Part shown: positions 34,129-43,513 of the stretch, piece after piece
How positions within the stretch are numbered: the first letter of the stretch is position 1
Layout: every line of letters begins with the position of its first letter
DNA from: Oscillospiraceae bacterium
Lineage (GTDB): Bacteria; Bacillota; Clostridia; Oscillospirales; CAG-272
Assembly: GCA_015065215.1 (NCBI GenBank)
Contig: SVQT01000002.1
Span: 29,595-93,594, forward strand
Length of the DNA stretch: 64,000 nt
Direction of reading: 5' to 3'
Translations under genes and position numbers: made by a program
Notes under the pieces: generated by a model
Told to the model about the DNA's origin: nothing
The model's input: only the letters and a program-made list of their open reading frames with translations
Database searches by the model: none

Positions 34129-37100
34129 ATGCGGGAAGATAGAAAGGACCGTGTGGTTCGACGCAGCAGCACCGGATCCCATAGAGAGCCCGAGCGTGAG
34201 CGCCGGGAAAGGATCCGCTTGTTTGACGATGTGGATGACCTGTATCAAGACAGCAAAAAGGGCGATGACCGCCGTTACCGTGATGATCGATACGATGACC
34301 GTTACGATGAGGACGTTTCTGATCGCCGTGAAGCGGAAGATCGCCGTTATCCGGAAGACCGTCGGCGCCGTCGGGAGGATGAGCGCCGCCCCCAGGAGGA
34401 CGATCGCCACGATCGGGATGAGGAGGACGAAAGGCGCCGTGTGAGGGAGCCTGTGCGCAAGCATGCCGGCGGCCCTCGCCGTCGCAGACCCACCAGCAAT
34501 ACCGAGCGCTTTGTGCATCAGATTTTGCCGTATGTGCTGTTTTGGCTGGCCCTGTTTGGCGCTGTTAGTCTGGTGCTTCGGGACCTGTTCCATTTAGACG
34601 GGGTTGGCGGAGAGTTCGGCAGCTGGTTTGCCGATTTTCTTTGTGGCCTGATGGGTCCTATTGCCTATTTGCTCCCCTTGTTCTTTGTGATCATCGCCTT
34701 GCGTTGGCGCACCTATGTCAAAGAAGGCATTTTGTTTCAAAAGCTACTGCTCTCGCTTTCCTTTTTGGTCTTACTGGCGGCCATTGTACACGTGTTCATC
34801 GAAATGCCCGGCAACAACAACCGGCATATCAACGTGGCCGTGTGGGAGCTTTATACCGCAGGCTCCACCTTTAGCGGCGGCGGTTTGTTCGGCGGCTTTG
34901 TGGGTGAGTATATGGGCTATGCTCTCTATCCCATTGGCACCGGTCTTTTGGCTATTCCGCTTTTGCTGATCATCGGTATTTACATGATTGGTATGACACC
35001 CGCCGGCCTTTGGCAACGGATTTCTACCAAGTTCAAGCAATCGGCAGAGCTGCGCCGCAAGCGGGAGGCTGAGCTGTACGATGGCAAGGAAGAACGCAAA
35101 TTCCGTGCCCCAAAGCAGCAAAGGCCGACATCTGTGCAAAACAGTGAAAAAGCAAAGCTTGCGGGAAAGGCGGAACAACGAGCGCAGCCGCGGCAGAACT
35201 ATTACGATTTTGGGGCAGATGACGAGCTGTTCCCGCCTGTCCCCCGGCCAAAGCGCGTTCCTATTGGCGAAGAGACGGTCAGAGAAACAGGCGACAATGC
35301 AATGGATTTGGTTGATATTCCGGATGATGAGCCGGAAGAGATGCATAACGATTCCGCCCGCAGCATCTTGAAGCGTGCGGGGCAGAGTGAGGATCCCAAC
35401 CAAAAGCTAAATGAGATTTTGCGGCAGCTGGAAGCGGAAAAGGCCAGCAGAGCTGCCGCGGCCGCGCCTGTGGCACCCCCGACAGAGGCTACCCCTGAGG
35501 AGAAGGTCCCGCAAGGCTCTTATTTTGCGCCGTTCGCCTTACCGGTTCGCCCTGAACCCCGCCAGGAGCGAGAGGAAAAGATAGCGGCGGGCCATATTGT
35601 GATCAATCCCCGTGAAGCACAAAGCGAGCCGCCTTTCGCAAAGGGAAGCGTGGAAAGCGGGTGCGAGGTGGGCACATCCGCTTATCCAACTCCCACTACA
35701 GTGCAGGAGGAGGCCTTGGGCGGTGGCGGCGATGCTCCCGCTCACCCCACCCAGGTCACTTATGACAACGGTGTACGTACCGAGCGGCATCCTTCCACCA
35801 CCATTTATACCAAAGATCCGCTGACGGCAAGAGCGGTGCCGCAGCCGTCCCCCACGGTGCCGGCTGAGCCTGTGCCAGCGACACTGACCGCTATCGAGGA
35901 GCCGCGCTCAAACGCGGTACAAAGCGAGGAGCCTCTTGAGCGCTTCCGCGCGGCACAAGAGGCACCGGCGGCGAGCGGGAGCGAGCCTTTGCCCGAGATG
36001 TCTTCTCTTGATTTTGAGGAGGAGACTGAGCCGGAAGTGCTTCCCCCGGTATCGCCTGCCAGAGGGGTGCGGACATCCTTTCGCTTACCCGGTGAGGAGC
36101 CGGAGATGAAGGAGCCCGCTGTGGCGGCGCCGTCGGCGTTGCCGCGAGAGAATCGCCCCACAACGGTGAGAACCGAACCGGCAACGCCCTCTCCCGAGCC
36201 GGTAAGGATGGTACGGCCTGTGGTGACAAGGACTGAGGCGCTAAAAGATGAGCCAAAGCCCACGCCGCCACCGCCGCCCACTCCCCGTGAGCACAGATTG
36301 CCCCCCATTGAACTGCTCAATGAGGATAAGACGGTGAAAGAAACCGATCACGATGCTGAAAATCAGGAGAAGATCGAGATTTTGCGCGAGACCCTGGCAA
36401 GCTTTAATGTGCGCATCCGTGATCAGATCGAATGCGCGAGAGGCCCGGCCATTACCCGCTATGAGTTCCGCCCGGAGGTTGGCGTTAGCGTGCGCCAGGT
36501 CATCAACCGCCAGGATGATATGGCGTTGGCGCTTGCCGCCGATGTGCGTATCGAGGCGCCGGTGCCCGGTAAGCCGGTGATTGGCATTGAGGTGCCTAAC
36601 GCGGTTCGTGAAACGGTGTATATGCGTACTCTGCTGGAATCCGAACAGTTCAAAAATTCCAAAAAGCCTTTGGAGGTGCCCATCGGTCTTGGTATTGGCG
36701 GCAATATCGTTTCCTGCGATCTTGCCAGCATGCCCCATGTACTGGTTGCCGGTACCACCGGCTCCGGTAAATCGGTCTGCATCAATACCATTCTGATCAG
36801 CTTGATGTATAAAACCAGCCCCCGCGATCTGCGCTTGATTTTGATCGACCCCAAGAAGGTGGAATTTGCCGCTTACGCGCATGTGCCGCATTTGTATTTG
36901 CCGATCGTGACCGAAATGCCACGCGCGGTAGGCGCGCTTGCCTGCGCCGTGCAGGAAATGGAGCGTCGCTATACCCTCATGGAGGATGTGCAGGCACGCA
37001 ATATTGAAGAGTATAATGAGATCACCAAGAACGACCCCGACCGTGAGCATTTGCCTTATATGGTCATCGTGATCGACGAGTTTGCCGATCTGAAGATGGG

Positions 37101-37803
37101 CTCTACCACCAACGACCCTGAAAACTTTACCTGCCGTATCGCTCAAAAGGCGCGTGCCGCCGGTATGCATCTGATCATTGGTACCCAGCGTCCCTCTGTT
37201 GACGTGATTACCGGTAAGCTCAAGAACAACATTCCTTCTCGCATTGCCTTTACCGTGAAATCCCAAGTGGACTCCCGTACCATTTTGGATAGTATCGGCG
37301 CTGAGTCGCTTTGCGGCAAGGGCGATATGCTCTATTTCCCGGTATCGCAGAACAAGCCCTCCCGTGTGCAGGGTGCCTATGTCAGCGGCAGGGAGGTAGA
37401 AAGCGTGATCCGGTATATCATCGAGCACAATGACGAGGTGCAGTACAACCGGGAGTTTATGGATCAGATCGAGGTCGAAATGGCGCGTGCCGCCAATGCG
37501 GGGCGCAAGAGCGCGGACAGCTTCGACGATGTGGATGACGATGAGGACGGTGGAGAAGATCCCAAGTTCCGTGAAGCGGTGGAGCTGGCCATCGAAACGC
37601 AGAAGGTGGCAACATCCTTGTTGCAACGGCGTCTTGGCGTCGGCTACGGCCGTGCCGCCAAGATCATTGACCGCATGGAGGAGCTGGGGTACGTCAGCGC
37701 GCCGGAGGGGAACAAAGCCCGTAAGGTGCTGATCACCTATCAAGAGTTTATGGCTAAGATGGGCGGCGATGGCGATTTTGAGGAAGACGAGTTTAACACC
37801 TAA
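34129..37803 (+). CDS. ftsK: DNA translocase FtsK/SpoIIIE
   Basis: 4 TM helices, a Pro-rich linker, Walker A GTTGSGKS, Walker B VIVIDEFADL, and the gamma domain LLQRRLGVGYGRAAKIIDRMEELGYV. It has an unusual Arg/Asp-rich N-terminal extension of about 125 aa. Confidence 0.93.
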   Translation: MREDRKDRVVRRSSTGSHREPERERRERIRLFDDVDDLYQDSKKGDDRRYRDDRYDDRYDEDVSDRREAEDRRYPEDRRRRREDERRPQEDDRHDRDEEDERRRVREPVRKHAGGPRRRRPTSNTERFVHQILPYVLFWLALFGAVSLVLRDLFHLDGVGGEFGSWFADFLCGLMGPIAYLLPLFFVIIALRWRTYVKEGILFQKLLLSLSFLVLLAAIVHVFIEMPGNNNRHINVAVWELYTAGSTFSGGGLFGGFVGEYMGYALYPIGTGLLAIPLLLIIGIYMIGMTPAGLWQRISTKFKQSAELRRKREAELYDGKEERKFRAPKQQRPTSVQNSEKAKLAGKAEQRAQPRQNYYDFGADDELFPPVPRPKRVPIGEETVRETGDNAMDLVDIPDDEPEEMHNDSARSILKRAGQSEDPNQKLNEILRQLEAEKASRAAAAAPVAPPTEATPEEKVPQGSYFAPFALPVRPEPRQEREEKIAAGHIVINPREAQSEPPFAKGSVESGCEVGTSAYPTPTTVQEEALGGGGDAPAHPTQVTYDNGVRTERHPSTTIYTKDPLTARAVPQPSPTVPAEPVPATLTAIEEPRSNAVQSEEPLERFRAAQEAPAASGSEPLPEMSSLDFEEETEPEVLPPVSPARGVRTSFRLPGEEPEMKEPAVAAPSALPRENRPTTVRTEPATPSPEPVRMVRPVVTRTEALKDEPKPTPPPPPTPREHRLPPIELLNEDKTVKETDHDAENQEKIEILRETLASFNVRIRDQIECARGPAITRYEFRPEVGVSVRQVINRQDDMALALAADVRIEAPVPGKPVIGIEVPNAVRETVYMRTLLESEQFKNSKKPLEVPIGLGIGGNIVSCDLASMPHVLVAGTTGSGKSVCINTILISLMYKTSPRDLRLILIDPKKVEFAAYAHVPHLYLPIVTEMPRAVGALACAVQEMERRYTLMEDVQARNIEEYNEITKNDPDREHLPYMVIVIDEFADLKMGSTTNDPENFTCRIAQKARAAGMHLIIGTQRPSVDVITGKLKNNIPSRIAFTVKSQVDSRTILDSIGAESLCGKGDMLYFPVSQNKPSRVQGAYVSGREVESVIRYIIEHNDEVQYNREFMDQIEVEMARAANAGRKSADSFDDVDDDEDGGEDPKFREAVELAIETQKVATSLLQRRLGVGYGRAAKIIDRMEELGYVSAPEGNKARKVLITYQEFMAKMGGDGDFEEDEFNT

Positions 37804-37849
37804 AAAACAATGCCCCCGGCATAGCGGGGGCAAGTAAAAGGAGGATACC

Positions 37850-38182
37850 ATGATGAAAAATCAAGTGATCGACCTGGCCTTGGCAAGTGTTGCCGCGTTT
37901 GGCGCGGGTTACATTGTTCATGAGCTGGTAAACAACGCGGAAGAAGCCAAGAGACAGGCGCGCAGAATGGCCCGCAGAACCCGCCGTGCCGGCAGAAGGG
38001 TCAAAAAGCTGATCATCACCAAGATCAACTCTTTCAAAAAGCCTGTTGAAGAGGAACCGATTGAGGAGCTTTTTGAAGAGGAGATCGAGGCGACCGATCT
38101 GCCCGCCGAGGAAGCGGTAGCAGCCCACTGCGCAAACAACGCAGGAGGCCGAGGCCTGAGCGTGCTTTCGGCCAAATGGTAA
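37850..38182 (+). CDS. small membrane-anchored hypothetical protein
   Basis: Strong RBS AAGGAGG. It has one N-terminal TM helix, then a basic stretch and an acidic stretch. Confidence 0.55.
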   Translation: MMKNQVIDLALASVAAFGAGYIVHELVNNAEEAKRQARRMARRTRRAGRRVKKLIITKINSFKKPVEEEPIEELFEEEIEATDLPAEEAVAAHCANNAGGRGLSVLSAKW

Positions 38183-38208
38183 AACGTTCTGCGCCGGAGC
38201 GGCTTGTT

Positions 38209-38245
38209 GCGAAAAAAGAGGCACATTTTGTGCCTCTTTTTTCGC
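38209..38245. terminator. bidirectional terminator shared by 37850..38182 and rnpB
   Basis: GCGAAAAAAGAGGCACA TTT TGTGCCTCTTTTTTCGC. Confidence 0.85.
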
Positions 38246-38597
38246 AACTCCACCGATAAGCCGGGTTCTGTCGTGAACGGTCATCTATCTTCGCTTTACG
38301 TCACCGTAAAGCTTCGGGATCGCTCCCGTGCCACCCGGGGGAATATGCCGGGCAGGCATCCCCCAAACGGTGTTGCTTCGGATAGGGTTTACAGCAAACC
38401 TATGTTACCATAGGAGTGGGTGAGCTCTTACCTCGCCTTTCCATCCTTACCCCAAAAGGGGCGGTTTCTTTCTGTTGCACTTTCCCGGCAGTCACCTGCG
38501 GCTGACGTTATCAGCTATCCTGCCCTGTGAAGCCCGGACTTTCCTCACGGTAATACCTTTCGGCGTGATACCGCGCGACCGTTTGATGAAGTTACAG
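38243..38597 (-). ncRNA. rnpB: RNase P RNA, bacterial type A
   Basis: Minus strand contains GAGGAAAGUCCGGGCUUCACAGGGCA, GUGCAACAGAAAGAAACCGCC, GGUAAGAGCUCACC and ACAGAACCCGGCUUAUCGG. P1 pairing is GUAACUUCAUC / GGUGGAGUUGC, and P2 is AAACGGUC / GACCGUU. Confidence 0.95.
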
Positions 38598-38602
38598 ACG
38601 AT

Positions 38603-38631
38603 ATTATACCACCGACCAAGCAGAAAGTCAA
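38603..38631 (-). promoter_or_regulatory. sigma-A promoter of rnpB
   Basis: Minus strand reads TTGACT, 17 nt, TATAAT, with extended -10 TGg. The predicted transcription start lies just before P1. Confidence 0.8.
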
Positions 38632-38651
38632 GCGTTCACTTTGCTATTTGG

Positions 38652-38680
38652 TTGACATAAGCATGCAAATATGATATACT
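38652..38680 (+). promoter_or_regulatory. sigma-A promoter, divergent from rnpB
   Basis: TTGACA (38652-38657), 17 nt, TATACT (38675-38680), with extended -10 TGa. Confidence 0.7.
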
Positions 38681-38729
38681 TTAAGGGTATATTAGTACAG
38701 ATGAAATAAAAAATAAGGAGGGGCGCAGC

Positions 38730-39578
38730 TTGCATTTCTTTACCGCGTTTTTAGAAATTTTATGCTATGTTTGTCTGCCCCCCTTTGCTTTTGGGCTTGC
38801 TGTGTGGGGGTGCAGAAGAGCGTTTTGCTTTTTTGTGGGCGATGATAGCGGCCTGCCCCTGATCCGTGCCGTGTCGGTGCTTTCCACCCCGGTGCGCGAG
38901 GCTGGGCACGCCATGACCGCTGTGCTGTTCTTTCATCGCCTGGAAGAGGTGCGCATGCTCAATTTGCATGATCCTGACGGCGAATACGGCTATGTGGAGC
39001 ACTCCTATAATCCGCGCAATCCGATTGCCGTTTTGGGCAATTTCTTTTACGCGCTGGGGCCGGCCATCACGGGGCTGTTTCTTGTTTTGGTGATCCTGCT
39101 TTGCTGCTTCAATGGCATTCTGGCGCCTTTTTTCAACACCCTGACCGCCCTGGGCGAGCAGGGCGCCGGTTTTGCGGCCTACGCTTCCGCTACCGGGGCT
39201 TTGCTGGCAGGCATGTTTGGCGCGGGCGGGGGGCCGGTGATGTTGCGGATCATTGGCTGTGTTCTGCTGCTTGCCTTGTGCTTTGGGGTGCATATTGCCC
39301 CTATTGAAATTTTTGATTCGCTGGCCGGCCTTGGTATTTTTGCCGGCATCACCGCCGCCGGTCTGGGACTTGTCATGCTTTTTGATGACGGACGTGTGGG
39401 GCAGATTGTGCTTTCCGCCTTCCGCACCTACGCTACTGCCGTAACGGCGCTCTTTTTGATCGTTTTGGCGTTTGCTTTGATGGCGGTACTGATCGGCGCC
39501 CTTTTTGGGGTGGTCCGCACGCTTTTCAATATTGATAAAAGCTATCTGGACGATGGCGAGGACTATGAGGAAGATTGA
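38730..39578 (+). CDS. polytopic membrane protein, function unknown
   Basis: TTG start lies 8 nt after AAGGAGG. It has several Gly/Ala-rich TM helices and an acidic C-terminus DDGEDYEED. Confidence 0.6.
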   Translation: MHFFTAFLEILCYVCLPPFAFGLAVWGCRRAFCFFVGDDSGLPLIRAVSVLSTPVREAGHAMTAVLFFHRLEEVRMLNLHDPDGEYGYVEHSYNPRNPIAVLGNFFYALGPAITGLFLVLVILLCCFNGILAPFFNTLTALGEQGAGFAAYASATGALLAGMFGAGGGPVMLRIIGCVLLLALCFGVHIAPIEIFDSLAGLGIFAGITAAGLGLVMLFDDGRVGQIVLSAFRTYATAVTALFLIVLAFALMAVLIGALFGVVRTLFNIDKSYLDDGEDYEED

Positions 39579-39652
39579 ATTTTGCTCTTGCAAAAAAGCG
39601 AAAAATGGTTTATAATAAATTTGTTTGACGATGCTGTCAAAAGGAGGCGCTT

Positions 39653-40540
39653 ATGCAAAAACTGATTAAAAATTGGATATTTACCTTGATCACTTGCGTT
39701 TTGCTGGTGGTTTTGGCGCTGGTGCTGGTGCTTGATCTGAACGGTGTATTTGGCGAGAAATATTATGCCACCACTTTTGTCAATCTGCTTGCCGCTGTCG
39801 CGCTGATCATTTATATCGCGATTGGTCTTGCCCCGATGGTTGCCTATTACCGCGGTAAAGCCTTGGCCTTTTTGTTGGCCGAGATGGGTATTTTGGTGAT
39901 TGTGATACTGGCATTGCTTGGCGTCGAATTTTTTGGCCTTTTTTCAAAATGGGATATGCAGGTGGTTTCTGTATTGGGTCTTGCCCTCTGGCTCCGTTGC
40001 ACGGTGCTGATCATTCGCGCCTATTTGCAGCAGACCTTGCCGCAAAGCCTGCCGGAGGAACAGGCGCCTGTTGAAGCCCCTGTACAGGAGCAAACCGAGG
40101 CGGTTGCGCAAGCGGCGCCTCAAGATGAAAAGGAAGAGGCCAAGCTTGCCAGAAGAGCAGCCAGAGAAAAGAAAAAGAACGCGCAGATCCCCTTGTGGAT
40201 GCTGTGCGTGGCGATTCTGCTTTCGGCTGTTGGCATTTGGCAGTTGGCCGCACCGTCCCCTGAGCTGAGTGATACCGTATTCGCTTACTGCATTGCGGGT
40301 CTGGCAACCGTCTTTGCTGTGCTGTTTGCCATACTGACCGTACAAAACCACCGTGCGTTGCCTCCAAAAACCGCAAAGGAAGAGGAGGATACAAACGAGA
40401 ACGGCGATGCCGAGGTAGAGGCGTTGCCCGAGGAGAAGGAGCCTGCCGGGGAGCTCCCCGCCGCCAAAGAAGAGCAAGCGGAGGAACTGCCGGAGAAGCC
40501 CGAAAAAGAAGAAACTGCCCCTGCTGATACAAAGGAATAA
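39653..40540 (+). CDS. membrane protein with Glu/Pro/Ala-rich loop and tail, function unknown
   Basis: RBS AAAGGAGG. There are 4 TM helices, a charged low-complexity loop, 2 more TM helices, and an acidic tail. Confidence 0.6.
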   Translation: MQKLIKNWIFTLITCVLLVVLALVLVLDLNGVFGEKYYATTFVNLLAAVALIIYIAIGLAPMVAYYRGKALAFLLAEMGILVIVILALLGVEFFGLFSKWDMQVVSVLGLALWLRCTVLIIRAYLQQTLPQSLPEEQAPVEAPVQEQTEAVAQAAPQDEKEEAKLARRAAREKKKNAQIPLWMLCVAILLSAVGIWQLAAPSPELSDTVFAYCIAGLATVFAVLFAILTVQNHRALPPKTAKEEEDTNENGDAEVEALPEEKEPAGELPAAKEEQAEELPEKPEKEETAPADTKE

Positions 40541-40547
40541 AAAAGAT

Positions 40548-40600
40548 CGCCGCTTTGCGTATGCTCGGTTCAGAAGACACGCAAAGCGGCGGCGTTTTTT
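40548..40600. terminator. bidirectional terminator
   Basis: 13-bp stem CGCCGCTTTGCGT / ACGCAAAGCGGCG with an 18-nt loop, followed by GCGTTTTTTTA. Confidence 0.65.
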
Positions 40601-42696
40601 TATTTCTCTTCAAAGGCGCGGCGATCAAACCGCAAAATGGCATAAGCTGTTTTTTCGGGGAGCGCTACCGTGCATGCGTCCTTTTCTTTGATCACGGTTG
40701 CGCTTGCTTTGGAAAACGGCGTATAGACCGTCGGGGCGATAGGGGCGACAATCCGAATCCGGTCGGTGACACCAAGGGGCTCTGCCTTGTTGATATAGTT
40801 CACACGGCTACGATGAAAGCGGATTTCGTCTAAATGATGGTCAATATCGGTCTCAAATTCCTTGGCCAGCAAATGTACGGTCATATTCTGCCCACTTTCA
40901 AATATCGAGATCAGATAGCCGTTTGCGTTTTGGACGCGAATGGGCATCGGCTTGGCGAATTTTTCGCAATATGCCAGTACCCCGGAGGTAATCCGGCCTT
41001 CTCCCATGCGGTGAGGATGATAAAAAAGTCCGGGCAGCGGTTCTTGCCAAAGATCGGGGTCAGCTGCGGTGGGAACTGTCTCGTTGCGGGTCCAGGCGGC
41101 CGAGATATGTTTGACGCCGTTTTCAATATAGCTAAAGAAATCGGCGGGATCGCGCAGTGTGGGGGCGTTTGGCAGTTGCCAGCTGTGCTTGCATTCACGC
41201 AAGGCCACAGGACCGGTGGCAATCACCTTGCCGCCGGCGGCAAGATAGCGCTTTAGCGCTGCGGTTTCGCTTTTTGTCATGGCGGCGGCACTGGGGAGCA
41301 GGATCAAGGGATATTCAAACGCCCCTTCCGGAAAATCAAAAAGGGTATGAGGGCTGATGCCGCTTTCGTACAGGGCTTGCAGCGTAGCGGAAAAATCCTT
41401 GTAATAGCCCTTGTCCAGATTGCCGAAATAGGTGTGCTTGCGAGTCTCATAGGAAAAATAGACCCCCACCTGCCCAATCTGCTCGCCTGTGAAAAGATCA
41501 GGATGCGCCGCCTCAAAGCGGAAAGCCTTACCAATAATCGCCGCCTCGTCGGGCAGGGTATCCAAAATGTGATCCGGCAGACCCAGGCGATCCTTTAGTG
41601 TAGAAAACCAGCAATCAGCCCCCATCATTTTGTTAACGGCCCAAACGATGTTGGCGGTTTGCTCGGTAAAGCCAAAGCCGGTAGAGAAGCATCGCCCGCC
41701 CTGCTCTCTGGCGCAGGCCTGGTGGTGATTGGCGTTAATGATGCGAGAGGGGATACCGATGTTGGTGGTGACCGGATCCTTTTTGTAGGGGGGCATATTG
41801 CCGCTCATTTCCAGATTGGTGTAGTTACAGCCGCCTTTGAGGAAGGAACGGGCATCGGCGGCACTGCCGTTGGCACTAGCGGCGGCGCTGTTGTGGCCGC
41901 AGGTGGTCACGCGGAAGTCCTTGGAAAAGATTGGCTTCAGTGCGGCGAAAAAGTCCTCTGCCGCCTCAAAACGCAGATCGATCCAGGCGCGCCAGGCGGG
42001 GTTTTCCCAGTTACCCCAGAAAGAGCGATCCTCGATCGTGGGGAGCTCCAGTCCGGTGCGCTTTTTCAGCGCGGCGCGGCAATGGGGGCAGGCACAGGAG
42101 TTGTAATGCATAAAATGTACCGGGTCATCGGCGGAAAGACCGTCAATACCGGTGTCAGCGATCAATTGCTTCAAATAGTCTTTATAAGAGGTTACAAACG
42201 CCGGGTTGCGGATGCAAAAGCCCTCGGCGGCGTATTGGGGAAAATAGAGCACGTCACGGTTTTTCACGTCGATCATACGCCAATCGTTCAACCGCTTCCC
42301 CTGATATTCCCAGGAGGTCGCCGCCTCGCGAGAAGGGGAAAGGGGCAGGTGCGGGCCGCTGTGTAGCATCACGTGCCGCATTTCCTCTTTGGTATCATAG
42401 CGATGCACCAGATTGATCGAGTGGTGGTCGTATAGCTCGACACCGTATTGGTGTAGCTCCTGTGCCACAGTGGCGAGATAGTCATGCAGCAGGGTAAAGT
42501 AGGGTAAAAAATCCCAACGAAAATGCGTACCGAAGATCATGGCCGTGGTGGCGCCCGATTGGGCGATCTCTTCGGCGCGGCGCTTGATCCGATCCATGCC
42601 GTCGTGGTTGGGCCAGTTCAGATCCTCCTGCCGGATCCACCAGCTGACGATACGCTTCGGTGCGGTCAGGGGATTGCCGTGTGAAAGCTTTTCCAT
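40600..42696 (-). CDS. GH42-like glycoside hydrolase-type protein, specificity unknown
   Basis: CxCxxC cluster CACPHC followed by RAALKKRTG, as at the GH42 zinc site. The central and C-terminal segment PLILLPSAAAMTKSETAALKRYLAAGGKVIATG resembles a GH42 trimerisation domain. Start is ATG 42696. Confidence 0.5.
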   Translation of the reverse strand: MEKLSHGNPLTAPKRIVSWWIRQEDLNWPNHDGMDRIKRRAEEIAQSGATTAMIFGTHFRWDFLPYFTLLHDYLATVAQELHQYGVELYDHHSINLVHRYDTKEEMRHVMLHSGPHLPLSPSREAATSWEYQGKRLNDWRMIDVKNRDVLYFPQYAAEGFCIRNPAFVTSYKDYLKQLIADTGIDGLSADDPVHFMHYNSCACPHCRAALKKRTGLELPTIEDRSFWGNWENPAWRAWIDLRFEAAEDFFAALKPIFSKDFRVTTCGHNSAAASANGSAADARSFLKGGCNYTNLEMSGNMPPYKKDPVTTNIGIPSRIINANHHQACAREQGGRCFSTGFGFTEQTANIVWAVNKMMGADCWFSTLKDRLGLPDHILDTLPDEAAIIGKAFRFEAAHPDLFTGEQIGQVGVYFSYETRKHTYFGNLDKGYYKDFSATLQALYESGISPHTLFDFPEGAFEYPLILLPSAAAMTKSETAALKRYLAAGGKVIATGPVALRECKHSWQLPNAPTLRDPADFFSYIENGVKHISAAWTRNETVPTAADPDLWQEPLPGLFYHPHRMGEGRITSGVLAYCEKFAKPMPIRVQNANGYLISIFESGQNMTVHLLAKEFETDIDHHLDEIRFHRSRVNYINKAEPLGVTDRIRIVAPIAPTVYTPFSKASATVIKEKDACTVALPEKTAYAILRFDRRAFEEK

Positions 42697-42697
42697 C

Positions 42698-43513
42698 TTA
42701 TTTTCTCTCCTCATAGGCGTTCAGGGCAAGGCGTAGATTGAACTCGTTTTCTTCCAATAAGCGCTCTGCCGCATCGTAGGGCAGGGCGGTAATCTCGCGC
42801 AGAATGCGTATCATGCGGTCACGGAGCTTAATGTTTGAGGGGCGCAGATTGATCATCATGTTTTCGTATACGTGTCCCAGCTTGACCATCACTGCGGTGG
42901 AAATCATGTTTAAGATCATTTTATGGGCACTGCCGGCCTTCATGCGGGTAGAGCCGGTTACCACCTCGGCACCGGTATCGGGATGGATGGCAATATCGGC
43001 GATTTGCTCGATCGGACAGTCTGCGTTGCAGGAAAGCGCTACCGTCAGGGCACCTTTTTCTTTGGCCAGGGTCAGGGCGCCCAGCACATAAGCGGCGCCG
43101 CCTGCCACCGAAATGCCAATCACGGTATCGTTTTGTGTGGGCGAAAAGGCGGCAAGATCCCGCTCGCCCGCCTCAAAGCTATCCTCGGCACCCTCTACCG
43201 CACGTCGGATGGCACCGTCACCACCGGCGATGATGCCGACCACAAGCTCGTGGGGCACGCCGTATGTGGGCGGACACTCGGCGGCATCCAGCACGCCAAG
43301 GCGCCCCGAGGTGCCACAGCCCATATAAAAGAGTCGGCCCCCCTGCTTCATTCGCTTGGTAATGGCTTCTACCGCTTGCTCAATCGCGGGGAGCTCCGGG
43401 GCAACCGCCGCGGTGGCGGTTGCATATTCCTCTTGCATCACGGCAAGCATTTGGGCGGTGGGCATTTTGTCGATATGGGTGGTGCGCTCATTTCTTTTTT
43501 CTGTGTTTAACAT
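42698..43513 (-). CDS. murQ: N-acetylmuramic acid 6-phosphate etherase
   Basis: NTEKRNERTTHIDKMPT and SIS motif GCGTSGRLGVLDAAECPPTYG. Start is ATG 43513 after AGGAGAA. Confidence 0.92.
   Translation of the reverse strand: MLNTEKRNERTTHIDKMPTAQMLAVMQEEYATATAAVAPELPAIEQAVEAITKRMKQGGRLFYMGCGTSGRLGVLDAAECPPTYGVPHELVVGIIAGGDGAIRRAVEGAEDSFEAGERDLAAFSPTQNDTVIGISVAGGAAYVLGALTLAKEKGALTVALSCNADCPIEQIADIAIHPDTGAEVVTGSTRMKAGSAHKMILNMISTAVMVKLGHVYENMMINLRPSNIKLRDRMIRILREITALPYDAAERLLEENEFNLRLALNAYEERK

Noticed and set aside
36241-37851. 536-aa - strand ORF
   Set aside because: It is antisense to the ftsK motor domain, which has clear Walker motifs on the + strand.
38204-38660. Track ORFs 38204..38413 and 38475..38660 (+)
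   Set aside because: The region is fully explained by RNase P RNA on the minus strand together with its promoter and terminator.
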